This document shows positions 11,252 to 24,700 of a DNA stretch of 64,000 nt, one piece after another. The notes beneath the pieces were generated by a model. It ran no database searches, had not been told where the DNA came from, and was given only the letters and a program-made list of their open reading frames with translations. Location of the stretch: NCBI RefSeq assembly GCF_003704095.1, contig NW_020845701.1, positions 248,001 through 312,000 of the forward strand, given 5' to 3'. Made by a program: the position numbers and the translations under genes. The first letter of the stretch is position 1, and each line of letters starts with the position of its first letter. This DNA is from Pocillopora damicornis. Lineage: Eukaryota.

Positions 11252-14200
11252 TCAGCTTTTCGCTTCCTGACCGTCTGTTCTCGCTTGAGCTACTTTCGAG
11301 GAGGTTTTACGATCCAAGGCTTGGCAGATGAACTGTCCTGCGTCCACTAATTTGTTCAAATTAATTCCCTTATGAATAAAAATACAACAGAATGATTTTT
11401 TCCACAGGCAGTCGGATCAGATGGGCGTTTAAACTCGGGGCACTTAGTCAACAAAGTTATCGCCAATCATCTTCATTCTTGTTTCTTGATTCTTTCTTAA
11501 CACAATTTTCGTATATTTTCGATCCTACCGTTTGGGTATTTAGTTCTAGTTTTCCTTTGAATAACTGAACCCTAGACAACTAAAGGTGTAGACTATATTC
11601 GCCTATGTTTTTTTCACGGGCACTGGATTACAACGCACGAATTGGAGTGGAAACATGACGATCTCTAATAATTCGTATACATTTACTGTGAGACAGACTT
11701 ACACTGTAAGTTTGTGTCACATTCATTTTGATCTCATTGAAATGAAAACAAACCGTTTCAATTCCCATTCCATGCAGCATGTAAACCACATCTTCTGTAG
11801 CGACATTTCCAGATGCCCCACGTGCGTAGGGACAGCCACCCAGACCACTGACAGACGCATCTACTGTCCCTAGCCCCAGCTGTTGACAATAAAAGGCTTT
11901 ACATTACAGAGTAACGCCCCGTTCACACCAGCAAAACATGGTCTAGTTAAACAAGGTTTTTAACTGAATGAAAATAAGAAACAGAGAGCTAATAAACTGA
12001 ATTTTTAACAGGATTCAAGTGGTCACTAATTTGTATTTTCAATGTGCTAAATTTGAAGTCGAAAAACATCGGCCGTGTAAGTAGCCGTCGGTTGTAGTCA
12101 TCGGGCTTAATCTCTCTAATAGCCACGTAACATGAAAAAAACAGCAAAAGTCTGGCAAACTCTTAGTTTGCCGCACACGTTCATTCTTGACTTACTTGTA
12201 AGGCAGTGAGAATATTCGCCAGAGCCTGACCGTATGTGTCGTGGCAGTGAATAGCCAGATGGTTCACTGGGACTGTCTCTAAAACACCCTCCAACATGGC
12301 TTGAGTGGAACCTACATATACACCAATTTCAGTTGGCCAAAGAGGAAAATCATCCTAAGTCATCATGCTAAAATGTGTACTTACTGACTGAGGATACAAA
12401 TTTTTTTCCCATCTAGCTCGACCTCTCTCAGTCCATAGGAACCTTATCATCTTTCCCTTCCTTTCTTATTGTCCCGCTCACTCCACAGTGGAAAACATCA
12501 CATGAGAGTTTTTTTTTTTTGGTCAGGTTTTTCAAAAGAAGCGGGGCTAAACAGAAGTCGCAGATGGAAAGAAGAACTCACGGGGGGTATAACAAAAATA
12601 GTCGCGGTTAAAAAAAACTGATGCATTATCGCTAAGCTTCAATTAGCTCTAGGAGAAGCCAGGCCAAATTCTGGACTAAACATGCATCAAAAAACAGTCC
12701 TACACACAGCTGAGACCAGCAATATCAAAAGCATCATGCTCAATGAATATTTATTAATTTATGGCGCGCTTTTTAACATTCCAAGTGATCAGAAGCGCTT
12801 AAATTGTTAAATACTAAATTTTTGTTTGTCTAATTCAACAGTAAGTGTATCAAACCTGGAGTTCCAACACCAATTGTATCACCAAGAGAAACTTCATAAC
12901 ACCCCATGTCAAACAAGTTCTTCGTTACCTTGGGAAAAATACGAAATTTGATGAAATCAAATAACTTCGGCAGTCATCATCCAAGTCGAGTCTAAAACTT
13001 GTTGAATCTTTAAGTCATAGTGACATTGTCTCAGTGGGTCTTAATTTTTACCACTCCTGATAATTATGGTGCTAAATCTTACCTTTGCTACAGCCTTTGG
13101 AGCTACAGATCCCTCATATGGACAGCCAACTACACAAGAAACATACCTGAAAGTGTAAAAGCTAAATCTTGAGTCCATGAAAATTTCAATTTAGTATAAG
13201 AAGGGACATTGGCAAACTTAAAGGTAGGATGTTCTGACTTCAAATTAATGAGTATACCATTCAGAGCAAGATCTTTGGTCACATTTTGTTTAGTTAATTA
13301 GACAGGGCTGTGTCAATTATTGGTTAAATTGATTGTTTATTGTATGGCTGGTGTAAGTAACAGATGTAATTGGGCACCCTGTGATTAGCTGGGTGCTATG
13401 GGCATCATTTTCTTGGTCTTGCTTTATTTATTGAGCAATAAGACGTCACTCTCAGATAGAAATAACTTAATTATGATCTGCAGAGTATGGACAGATTTGG
13501 CATAACTGCATGATGTACAAAAGTTAGCCTGGTAAATTTCATTTTGCTTTTAGATGACATTTAATGAAATAACGCCACCAGAAACATGTAAGTACATACT
13601 TGTGCTTTTGCAATTCTTCACTACTATTCATGACTGTAACTGAAAAAAATAAACAAACATATTTTATGTAAATACATCTCACCCTCTCACTGGAATGTTG
13701 TTTTCTTTTGCAGCTTCACAAACAACTTCAAATCTCTGTAGGCTTTCTGATATGGAGCAGTTGATGTTTTTCCTTTGAGTGGGTAAAAAAAACAATTTAC
13801 TGTTCAAAGGAGAACTATCTTAGAGAGGTAAACCAATACTGGTCTGTAACAACTAAATTAGGAAACCTTGGAAATTGTCTCATTCAGCTTTTTTCTTGTT
13901 TGATTTTGTCACTTACTGCAGCATCGTCTTGAAGATATAGAAAAAACATTACCTACTGAATGACTCTGAGGCAGCTCCAAAAATGGCCACTTCTTTTACT
14001 CCACATTCCAACTACAAATGTCAATTAAAAACACACTCAGATGCATGGTTACAAAAATAAAAATATTTTTAATTGATGTCAAAAGCAAATAACAAAAGAA
14101 AGAGTCTGCATGAAGATCTGAGCCCCAGTCAGTTAAGATTTTGTGTTTGTATGCTTTAACTATGAATATGATTGGCCATTGATAGTCAGTGGTTGGTTGG

Positions 14201-16584
14201 ACATGATAGTCTGCAGATCATTCAGCCAATGCCTTGACATTTCAATAGAAAGTCTACAGCTCATCCATGTAAGTCAACCAATGGCTGACTGTCAATCCAC
14301 TTCCAAATTACTGACGAGTCTCTATTAGATATCTCCTAATTGTCAACCAATATGTCAATCAACCTCAGACCTAAATATCAACCTGGGCCATCTGGAGCAC
14401 ATGTGATCCATATGTCTACATTATGTTATGTTACTGTGTCACTAACCGCGGCTTGAAAACCTTTGAGGTTTGGGGTCAATACTGAGTAAGAAATGCCTGG
14501 AACTTTCTTTATCCTTTGCATGACTTGTTCATGATCAGCCATCTATAAAACAGCATCCATGACTTATTTTTAGAATTTACACAGAGGAGAACCTGACTTC
14601 TGATCGAGGTTCCTATTCCTTCTCTGAGATGCTGTGGTAAATGTTGTTCAAAAATATTCACTATCAACTAATTTTATCCTATTTTGCAGACTTTTTGCTC
14701 TTTGATGGTTCGATTTTGAGCCAAATTGTGCTCAAACTGTACTGCTTTCAAAGCACTTCTGCAAGTTCTGACACAAAGAAATTGTTCAACAATCAAAAGT
14801 TTCTGAAGCTGCAGATCATTTCTTCTATTCTCATCATCTCATTGTTTGATTCAAGGGTGAAACTGTTGGTAGAAATTAAATGCTAGTTACTCTATTGGGT
14901 TAAATAGTTAAGAGCACAAAATCTATCTTCAGTCAAATCTTTCCTTAGGGAGTTGGCTAAGTATTGAACATTTTGTCTGGATGCATAACTCTTGCAGGAG
15001 TCTTTCACAACTTGGCATAAAATTATCTTTCTAGGTTTATCACAAGCAAAAGAGGAATTGCAAGGTTAGTAAATGTGTTGTTTTCAAGAAAGTGCTGCAC
15101 TCTTTCTTGTCTTATGGCCACTGAACACTTCTATTTTGTTAGATTTATTCTGAGAGAAGCTTGAATTGCAGAGCATTCTGCCAAATTTTAAGGGTGAGTT
15201 TCTCTTTAGCTACACATCTTACTTATCCTCTAAAGTATACCAGCCCACTCTTCTGTTCTCTAGCCTCCCCTCCCCTAACATACCTGTGGAACCCATTTGG
15301 GTGAAACAAAACTGGTTGCTTCTATTGCCTGAAGGCCAGTCTCTGACAACTTGTCAATCAAACTGATCTTTGTTTCAGTGGGAACAATCCTCTGGAATAA
15401 AATGAACTCAACAAGCTTTCATTGTTGCTATCACTATAACACATCATTAGTATCATTTTGATCATTATTATTATCATCATAGATAAGAAGGTATGGCACC
15501 CTACTTGACACTAACAATGTAAGATTAAGGTAATTGGGTGCATATTTAATTTTTCCCATTTACCTGCTCATTCTGAAGTCCATCTCTTGGTCCCACTTCA
15601 ACAACCTTGACTTTTTTTACCAGCTGGCCAATAGGCTAAAAATGTAAGATATGTCTTATTACATGTGTAGGAGAGGTCTCTGTGCAACTTTGGACCTGTT
15701 CTGGTTAGCATGGAGGCAGAGACCTCATGTTTCGCTAAAAAGTTGCATTTAGCTAAACATCAAGTTGTCACTCTTTACTATACCCTTCCACCATGTCCCC
15801 CCCCCCCCCCCAAACCCCCTCTTCCACTTCACCCAGTAGTTATGCATAAAGGGGTTATAGCCCTGCATCAGTGGGAGAGTATGACAGGGTGATTTAGTAT
15901 TATCAACTGGGTTGATAACATAAACTGGCCACCATAAAGAGTTTAAAACCTGAGATTTTCGAGTGTTAGCCCTTCATTAGAGCAATTGGAGGAATAATGG
16001 GTTTTGTGTGTTTTGTATACAGAAAATGGAGATACACTATTGGTGGGAATATGGTGACAAGAAAATAAGATAAGTAAGTTGAATGGAAAAGCACTTGTAA
16101 TCCTCTATTGCTCTGACAATCAACTTGCAGTGGCTAATTTAAGTTATCGACTCAGTCGATAATACTAAAGTAGACGGTAGCTATGCAGTTCTATTTCTAA
16201 ACGCAATTCTTCCCACCTAGGAAGGGGAGGGGGGAGGGGGGAGGGAGGGGGTTTGTTACGGTGGAAATGGATAAGTCGTAGTGGTCGCAACTTTAACATT
16301 TCACTCGTATATAGCTTTTACAAAGAAAGCATGTTGTATTGGAAAGAAATTAAGAGAGAGAAAGTGATTTCTTAACCCTACGATTTGTGGTCGTTTGTGA
16401 GTTTCATCGATCGCGGTCGCAAATACTGTTGAAACAAAGACTGTTACTATCGTTTTGAGACTATTAGGAGTGTATTAGAGTAGCTGCATACTTCAAAGTC
16501 CTCATTATATCAATATATAGGGAATAATAATTGCGATCCATGCTTTACCTTGCGCGAAAGGTGGCTAAGGCTCCTCCGAATCAT
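11252..16584 (-). CDS. HMGCL: Hydroxymethylglutaryl-CoA lyase, 11 exons, ~318 aa
   Basis: Exons 16584-16549 ([12 protein letters not shown], tentative), 15635-15564 ([15 protein letters not shown]), 15391-15284 ([14 protein letters not shown]), 14542-14447 (VLTPNLKGF), 14011-13953 (IFGAASE), 13772-13683 (KNINCS), 13146-13083 ([12 protein letters not shown]), 12928-12856 ([13 protein letters not shown]), 12311-12196 ([12 protein letters not shown]), 11879-11754 ([19 protein letters not shown]), 11368-11252. Phases are consistent; total 957 nt. Confidence 0.95.
15845..16170. mobile_element. Degenerate Penelope-like repeat copy
   Basis: gtgggagagtat...tttagtattatcaactgggttgataac...tttcgagtgttagccctt, homologous to the copies at 28866, 30337 and 61349. 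Confidence 0.5.
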
Positions 16585-17194
16585 TCGTGTTGGGACGGAG
16601 AATTTCAATGTGAGTTTTCATGTAGTCCTACACAACAATGGTCTGTGAGGCTCGCCCCAGCCTGTCGCACACTAACTCAAGGACGACGACTATTTTTGTT
16701 TGTTTGTTTCAGTGTTTCATAATTTTTAATCAGAACTAATATTTATCTGTGATCAGATGTTTGTTTCTGTTTCAGCTGTAACTATTTGTACGAGTTCCTT
16801 AAAACAATTTGTCCAATTCTTCCAAATTATCCAACTTCTCGCTCAAATACCAAAATCTTCATTGAAAAAAACTAGCGGATTTGAAGATTTTTCAATATAT
16901 CGATTAAGAAACCAGCAGCTCGAACGATAAAAATTATGAAAACAAAAATAAAATAGATATTATGATTTAATGTGATATCAACACAAATTAAGTTGCCCGC
17001 TCGTTTTCTCTGGTATCTTGCCTGAACAATATCTCAAAGTCAATATGCACATTTATTCATCAATCAAAAACGTGTACAATTATAAGATTTCTTGCTTTTG
17101 TTTCTTCATCTAAATTCCTCTGTCCTTATAACCATGGTTACAGTTATTCTAATGCCGATGGAATCGATTGGTTTCGGTCGCAAGATCCCTTCTT

Positions 17195-18604
17195 CTAAGC
17201 CTCATCCTCTATGATGGTGACCTTGATGAATCGTATGCCAACTTTCTCGTCTTTGTCGCTTTTGTACACCTCTAGTGTAAGTCCCTTACTGAACATCAGT
17301 CGATTGTTGAAGCCAGCGGTCCTCACGAAGCCTCCATCATGCGCTGTGTAGCACGATCCCCAGCGTTGATCCAGCTTGAGAGTGATGTCATACTGACCAG
17401 GGTAGAAAGAGTCACTTGCTTTCGGCGTAAGTGATTCGAAGCGAATACTGTTAAAGGTAGATCCGGAGTCACCTTCCACCCCGACGCAAGGAGAGCGGTC
17501 ATCAAAGTTCAATTTGTCCCACGTGGTAAAACCAATAATTCTGGTACCATCTGACACACCATATGTGATATCGCTGTCAGTTCCTTGTCCGATGCTCACG
17601 TCATGTGCGACCGTGATCTCAATTGTCAGCGGCATTGAATCTCTGAGTGTACCTGCAGGAATCATGGGAATCTTTAAAAGAGCAGCATTTTTTACGTTTC
17701 CAGCGTTGAATGTAAGCTGTGAAGCGGTCAGTACACGTGAGCTGTCAATGTATGATGCGTACATTTCCAGCCAGGATGGAGTCATGGTCTGATGATAAAA
17801 TACCCTTTCCTACAAAAGAATTTGTAGATAATCAGTCGTCATTACTATAATTGTTCAAATATTTTTGCCCGAAAATATATATCCTGTGAACAAGCTCTCT
17901 TTTCGGGGAAGACAAATGAAGACGAATGATTTGTTAAAACGTGTCTCATCATCGCTTACGCCTATGACTTAAAGTGAAGAACAACTGATGATATTCCCTT
18001 GCAAAGAAAGATTTTCCGATTTTCTAATAATAACCTTGCAAAATAATATGTTGATAGTCTTTGCACAATTATAAAAGGTTTACTCAACACTGGAGTTGAA
18101 AGGTCGAAAATCATTTGAAGCCAATTTAAATAAAGTAGCAAGTTCACAACTAACCTGTGTTATACAGGAGTTCGCTGAACATGATGCCTGCAGATAACGA
18201 GAATGAGCAAGTCAGTCTTTTGCCCTTCATAACGACCAAGAAATAAGACCTAAGATTTTTGCTATGATGATATATCAGAGATGTGAGTTAATTGGATACG
18301 CAGAAAAACAAACTTTTGTTCGGGAAGAAAATTTCAATTTAGCAGCAGTTAACACAACTGGATCAAGTTTATTAACACTCTTGATCAGAAGATGCGATGT
18401 CATCAGTGTTTCTTAAATTAATCCCAGGCTTTTCTCTGTTTTGCGGTTGCTTTGCACTCAGTAAGAAACCTAAATTCCTCTTATCAGTATATGTTAAAAA
18501 TTAACACATGAGTTTTGAAACTTAAGATTAAAAGGCTTTAAACGTGTGAAAAGACGAAAAGAACTTACTGATAAAACAACAACAAATCTGTAGACGGTTG
18601 TCAT
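17195..18604 (-). CDS. Unknown secreted beta-rich protein family, copy 1 (~227 aa)
   Basis: Domain exon 17809-17195 (ERVFYHQTMTPSWLE...WGSCYTAHDGGF...EVYKSD); Cys micro-exon 18187-18155 (ASCSANSCITQ); tentative first exon 18604-18569 (MTTVYRFVVVLS|gtaagt). All junctions phase 0. Confidence 0.75.
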
Positions 18605-19620
18605 CACGAAGAAAAAAAACCTTTGCGACCTCATTATGTTGCTCAGTGACCGTCAGTTTGGTGAAAGAAGATTGTTTAAACCGACGATTTTTTGTGATCT
18701 GCAAAAAGTTGTGAGAGTCGTGCTTTGTAGCAAAACTGTGTATTCTTTTGAACTTAAATACGACTGAGTTAATTGTTAAGAGTAAACTTAAAAAGATCAT
18801 GATCGACTTCTCTTGTTTAATCAACTGGCCAAAATAATTAACCAGAATTATAACTGTATTGATTCAACTGCCACTCCAAGATTGCTGATGAACCTCATTT
18901 TTATTTAAAAGAAACTGAAGATAAGAACGGAAAATGAAAAAAAATTTCTATTAATCGTATCAAGAAGCCTCACGTATCTGTGTTTGACAATTCAAAGATG
19001 CAAAGACTATAATTGTACGTGTCCCGCTTTGAAAAGTTCGCTGAACATGATGACTGTAGACAACGAGAATGAGCGAGTTAGTGACCAGTTAAAAGATTCA
19101 AGGATTTTGACTCTGTCCGGCTTTCAAAAGTTCGCCGTGAACATAATGCTTGTAGACAACGAGAATGAGCAATTAAGTTAGTAAGTGACTGTCATCGCGA
19201 AGAAAAAAAACGTTTGCGACCTCATTATGTTGCTAAGCGAACGTCAGTTTGGTGGGGGAATGGGATTGTTAAAACCGACGATTTTTTTTGTGATCTGCAA
19301 AAAATTGTTAGAGTCGTGCTCTGTTGCAAAACCGTCAGATTCTTTTTTTAACAACAGATACGATTGAATTTACTGTTAGGAGTAAATTCAAAATGAACAT
19401 AATCGATTTGTCTTGTTTATTCAACTTGCCGAGATAAATAACCAGAATTATAACCGTATTGATTAAACTGCCATTCCAAGATTGCTAAAGAACCTTATTT
19501 TAAAAGAAAATGAGGATAGGAATGGAAAATGAAAAACTTTCCTATTGATCGTAATAAAAAGTCCTTCGTATCTGTGTTTGACAATTCAAAGATTCACACT
19601 CTGTCCGGCTTTCAAAAGTC
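18597..19620. repeat. Imperfect tandem duplication (~400 bp units at 18597-18999 and 19190-19593)
   Basis: gtcatc.cgaagaaaaaaaac.tttgcgacctcattatgttgct ... cgtatctgtgtttgacaattcaaagat occurs twice. Confidence 0.85.
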
Positions 19621-20134
19621 AAGAGATGAACTAATTTCTTGAAAACAAAATTGTGTAATTTGAAGAGACTAAACAGCATTACAAAGACGATTCTCGCACA
19701 CCATTCTTCATTGCTGAATCGAATTTATCCTGTTTGCTCTTTGATTATCACGCCGTTCATGAAGAACACTTGATTCGGAATTTAAATTTTGTCCGAGGCG
19801 GCCGAGCATTTTTACACGTCCGAGGGAGGGGGAGGGGGCACATCGTACACCGGGCGAACCAAAACTCCCATAATTTCCCAAAAGTACATCAAGTTGGCAG
19901 CGAAATATCCAGCTGTTTTTATATCACTGTCGCCCTGAATTATTTATGCATTCTTTGGCCACAACACATCACTTTTTTGGCAATTGTGATAGAACGATTT
20001 GACATAAGATCATGATGTTAATTTAATGCTGCACTATCAATGTTTCCTGCAAACAAACGAGGGATGCCTTGGTACTTTCCCTAGCATCTTCGGCAATCGA
20101 TCATCTTCTCGTCTTTTCGTTTTCACGAAGCAAA

Positions 20135-20500
20135 CATGGCACCCTCTTACCTTCTCCCTCTAAAGACAACGGTTTTCCAACAGTATAACGGATTAAAACA
20201 CAAATCTGACCATCTCTCATTATCAATGACTACTTTTTTTCCTTTATTTCTGATAGCACCCACTTCATTCTACTTGGTCTGGTCTAATTACAACTTCTTA
20301 CTCAAAATTTCAGGCATGTCACCCTTCTTCCTACTGCCTCTGAGGACACCGGTTTCCCTACAGTATAACGGATTAAAACACAAATCTAACTACCTCTCAT
20401 AATCAATGACTACTTTTTTCGTTTATTTCTGATAGGACCATATTCATAAAGTACCCACTTCATTCCACTTGGTCTGGTCTAATTACCGCTTCTAACTTAT
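20135..20500. repeat. Tandem duplication, ~180 bp x2
   Basis: acagtataacggattaaaacacaaatct...atcaatgactactttttt...cttggtctggtctaattac occurs twice. Confidence 0.85.
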
Positions 20501-20847
20501 AATTTCAACATTCAAATAATGAGCAAAAATTTCGAAAGAAGTTTGTAATAATAGTAAAACAAAGGAACGAACTACAGCTAACTTAACTGGCAAATGAAAA
20601 GATTGAATTTCGAATCCATAACCATAATCAATCGTTGATTGACAATTCTTCGCCTCCACGAGGCTAAGTTGAAGCGCTAAGGCAATACTTTCATTTGCCA
20701 GTGATGTCAGTTTTGTTGTACAAAGTATATTTAACTTTTAAGAGCGAGGCTAAAACCCGACTGCGCGAGTAGTTAAATAAATTTAAGTCACGAGCGTGCA
20801 TGTGCTACTGTTTATTACTGTGTAAACTGTGCAAAAACTTTTACCGC

Positions 20848-21037
20848 TTTAACCCTAAGAGTGACTAGTATCTAATCTCTCCTAACCATATCGCCCCTAA
20901 ATCAAACATTATGGTCAGGAGAGTAAAGAAACTAAAGCTCTTGATTGTTAAACAAATTCTCCATGTCAGCACCTTATCAAATGTATAGAAAACAGTATGG
21001 GGAATATGCATACTGATGTCAGAGTATAAAGGGTTAA
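20848..21037. mobile_element. TTAA-type MITE
   Basis: ttaaccct ... taaagggttaa, ~190 bp. Confidence 0.65.
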
Positions 21038-21774
21038 ATTAGTGTATAAATTCCTCTAACTGTTTCAGTTAAAGCTACCAAGCAGCACTTTTAGGCAAAT
21101 TGCTTACTGTTCTAAACAAGGTAAATCTAACCGTTTGGACTGTGTGTAAGCCGAGAATGGCTATCTAATAACAGTTCAGTGCATTCACTTGGCACTGCTC
21201 ATTAAGCCGTGCGGTGCGATCACAAGATATCTTGTGTGAAACCTTTCAAATTACAGCTACATGTGCTACGTCCTACTTACAAGTGGTACTGTTAATCGTT
21301 TTGTACAAGTTGATTTTCCTTTTTTCTTTATTGGTATCGTTTAAGAACACTTCATAAGAAATAAATTCTTCCACTTTGTACTTCTTTGGAAATGATTACA
21401 AGAGATAACTGTAGTTATGCCTTCGCAAACTTCTAAAATATCGATGAAGAGGGAGGGAAGATCAAACCTTGACGGATAATTTAGAGAAATGTTTTCCTTC
21501 TCGCTCGATAATTTACTGTGAAAATGAATCGAACCCACGCTCCGCCAAAGTTCACCCGTTTTCATTTTGGAATTCTAGATAGCAGTCATTTTCGACCCTA
21601 TTTATGATTCCACTTTATCAAATTTTGTTAAAGTAATCCATTAATTTTTAGGATAAGAATCGTTTTTACATGATCAATGCTGCCCGAAATAAGGCGAATT
21701 ATATCGCTGCTTTTAATCAGCGAAATTTAAACGCTAAGAAATATTTCAAGATGAGACTACCAGCACTGTCACTA

Positions 21775-24700
21775 TCAGATCAGCGGTTGCTGCGAATAAA
21801 CCATCTGTGGCTGCGCGGGGAAACTCGGGTAACCTGATGCACTAGGTTGTGTTAGGGACTGGCCATAGTAATCCTGTGGTGCACTCTGGGATGGGTACTC
21901 GGGAGGTGCCGCAGGGAACCCCTGTTGGTAGGGTAAGTGCTGCTGTTGGTAGGACATCGGTGGTGCTTGAACCTGTTGTTGGCTCGGGAACGTTTGTTGA
22001 ACGTTGTTTCGCGGCTGCATTGATGCCTGGGGAGCAGTATAATGTGCCTGGCTGGGCTGTGTAGGTTGGTTAGGCACGTGACCTGCATAGGGTTGCACAG
22101 GACCTTGACTGGAATAAGCCGTACTCTGGAATGCAAAAAAAAATCGCTTAGAGTCAAACTATCGTGAATGTACCTCTGAATCTACACTAAAGAACTAATT
22201 TAAGGTTTTATAATCATCGTCCAGTTTAACGTAACTGTCCATCCCCTTCATGTGAGATAAACTACGATCTTTCCAATGCGTATAGGGTCAGTGGTCGATG
22301 GGAAACAAACACAAGAGTGCTGCCCGCTGTTCTTAGCGCCGTGCCCAGTCCCACCCCTACCACGACATTTCCACTTCCCCATCCGCCACTCATTAATGCC
22401 CCACCAACAACACACTCATTCATCATCCTAGCCCATTTGCTCCTAACACACACTACACAATCGCTACCAGTTTGCAAACTATTCGCTCTCAGGTTGTAAG
22501 GCGACGTAAGTAGGAGATAGAAAACCACTCACCACACCAGACGATCCCATTACAGTGCCTGGGTCGCTCATGTACTGAAGTGAAGTAGGAGGAGAGACCT
22601 GGGGATAGCCTGCAGGATGTGGGGCATAAAGCTGAGGAGCCTGGGAAAGAGTAAAGAATAATTTTAAAAGCTCAAACAACGTCCTTTTCTTTCTTAACCG
22701 TGCCACTTGCTTCGAGAATTTCCTTTTAAGGGCACAAGGCAACACAAGACAACCTGCAGTTATAATTTAGCCAATTACCAAGATCTGAGATGAATAATAA
22801 AAACTGAACTATCTGCCATCGCTTTCGTGTGAACTTTACGAGAAGTTCATCGTCCTTACTTGAGGATATTGCTGTCCTGCGGAACCTGGCACCTGATACA
22901 TGCTCATAGAAGCCTGGGGACTGCTTCCATATCCATACGGCAGAGTGGGAACTGGTAAAGGCTCTTTCATCAACCTGTAAAATAACAGGCAGAATATGCA
23001 AGTGACACGTTGTATGACGCACGTGACCAAGGCATAAACCGACATGAATGGAGGGGAATATCCTATGTCATAAAAAGAAATCAATCAAAACTACAACAAA
23101 AATTCTTGAATTTGCTTGGTTAAATGGAAATACTAGGACTAGCCGGGGGACAACTCAGGTAGTAATCGGGTAATAACCGTGTGATTTCAAATCAAATTTG
23201 AAATTACGGGCGAGAAGCTGAGATATCTGAGATATGAATATTTTATGTCAGAACAAGCGTGTTAATAAAACATCACCGAAATTTCATTTATTCCTTTTTC
23301 GTTTTAAAGCCTTACAAGGGCAACTAGCTGACTGAAGAGTTTCCGTTTCCTTGCTTTTGATTGACTGTACAAGTATTAACTGATATCGAGGCTTCGGCCA
23401 TCAAGCAAACACACTTGTGCTGCAAGAGAAAATTGTGCTCCCTACCTCTGATACAAGCTCAGTGCTTGCAGATACTGCTCATTCATTGAGGATAATTCCT
23501 GGCGTTTTCTGACAAAAATAGGCAATAACAAATACTTAGCATCAATTAAAATGATTCCCGTGCGTTAACCCTTTAACTCTCATGAGTGAACAATTCAGAA
23601 TTTTTCCCCACAATATCAATACAATATTACGCAGACAAGTGGTGAGAATAAAAACAAAATTACAATTTGGGGATTATAAGATGATCCAATACCAAATTCT
23701 CCAAACTAAAATCATAAGATTTGTGTGGCAGGCAGTAAGGAGAATTACTAATGAAATTTTGGGATATATGGGTTAAAAGGTTTCTTTAATAAATCTAATT
23801 TACCTTTCACTCTCGTCGATTTTTTCTTTGATAAGAGGTTCCATGCGGTTACATTCATCTGTAAAATAGGAAAGTACGCGAGATTCACATGTGATCACGT
23901 TCCTGTACACTGCGAGGATCTACTATATCCAAAGTAAGAAGACTTGGATTAAACTCCATTTTGCGACTGTCAAATACCACGAACCTTCTGTCTGATATCG
24001 CTGCAATTTTTTTTTTGGTTGCCCTTTACAAAATTAATAATGGTAATAGGACAAAGTAGAGTCCTAGTCCTACTTAGTCTGTAATCACAAGAGTGATTCG
24101 CACGACCGCGAAGCGGGAGTCCGATTTGTTAATCAAAGTTAATCGAAAGTATGTAAAAATTTGCGAAAGAAACTCGATGTCGATCACGAGTTTCCATTAA
24201 AAAAAAAAGAAAGAAGAAAAAGTTAACTTGGCGAAATGCACGACAACAGTGCACGCTCATGACGCGTACTGTCCATTTACACAGGCGTGATGTGTCAACT
24301 GTCCTATTACACTGTCCAGTTACAAGCATGACGCATACACAGTCCTATGAGTGCTCAAATCGGGCAGGTGATAACCAATCACGTTCGAGAATTTTGTTTT
24401 AATTTTAATTAGGACAAAAACATGAACAAACCCTCCATGTCTTGAATCGTATCCTCCCTTTCGTCTTCTCCTTCAATATTAGCTCCTTTTAACATGTTTG
24501 TGCAGAGGTCGATCTTTTCCTACAGATAAACAACAAACGATTGATTATCCAACAATTCTCGCGATAATCGCAAAGAAGCCCTTTATTAAATACGAACAAA
24601 AATTAAAGAAACAGTAAGTTACGTTAATTTCGCTGTTTAATTTTCAGAAGCTCATCATAAATAAACAGGTTTAAGTAGGGCTTAACAACAGTTTAAAAAA

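Noticed and set aside
15636-15740. Extra HMGCL leader exon
   Set aside because: In phase with exon 1 it hits a stop (TAA); the open frame is out of phase with exon 2.
22262-22528. Gly/Val-rich ORF in a STAM intron
   Set aside because: Low-complexity G/T-rich intron sequence with no recognisable motif or splice support.
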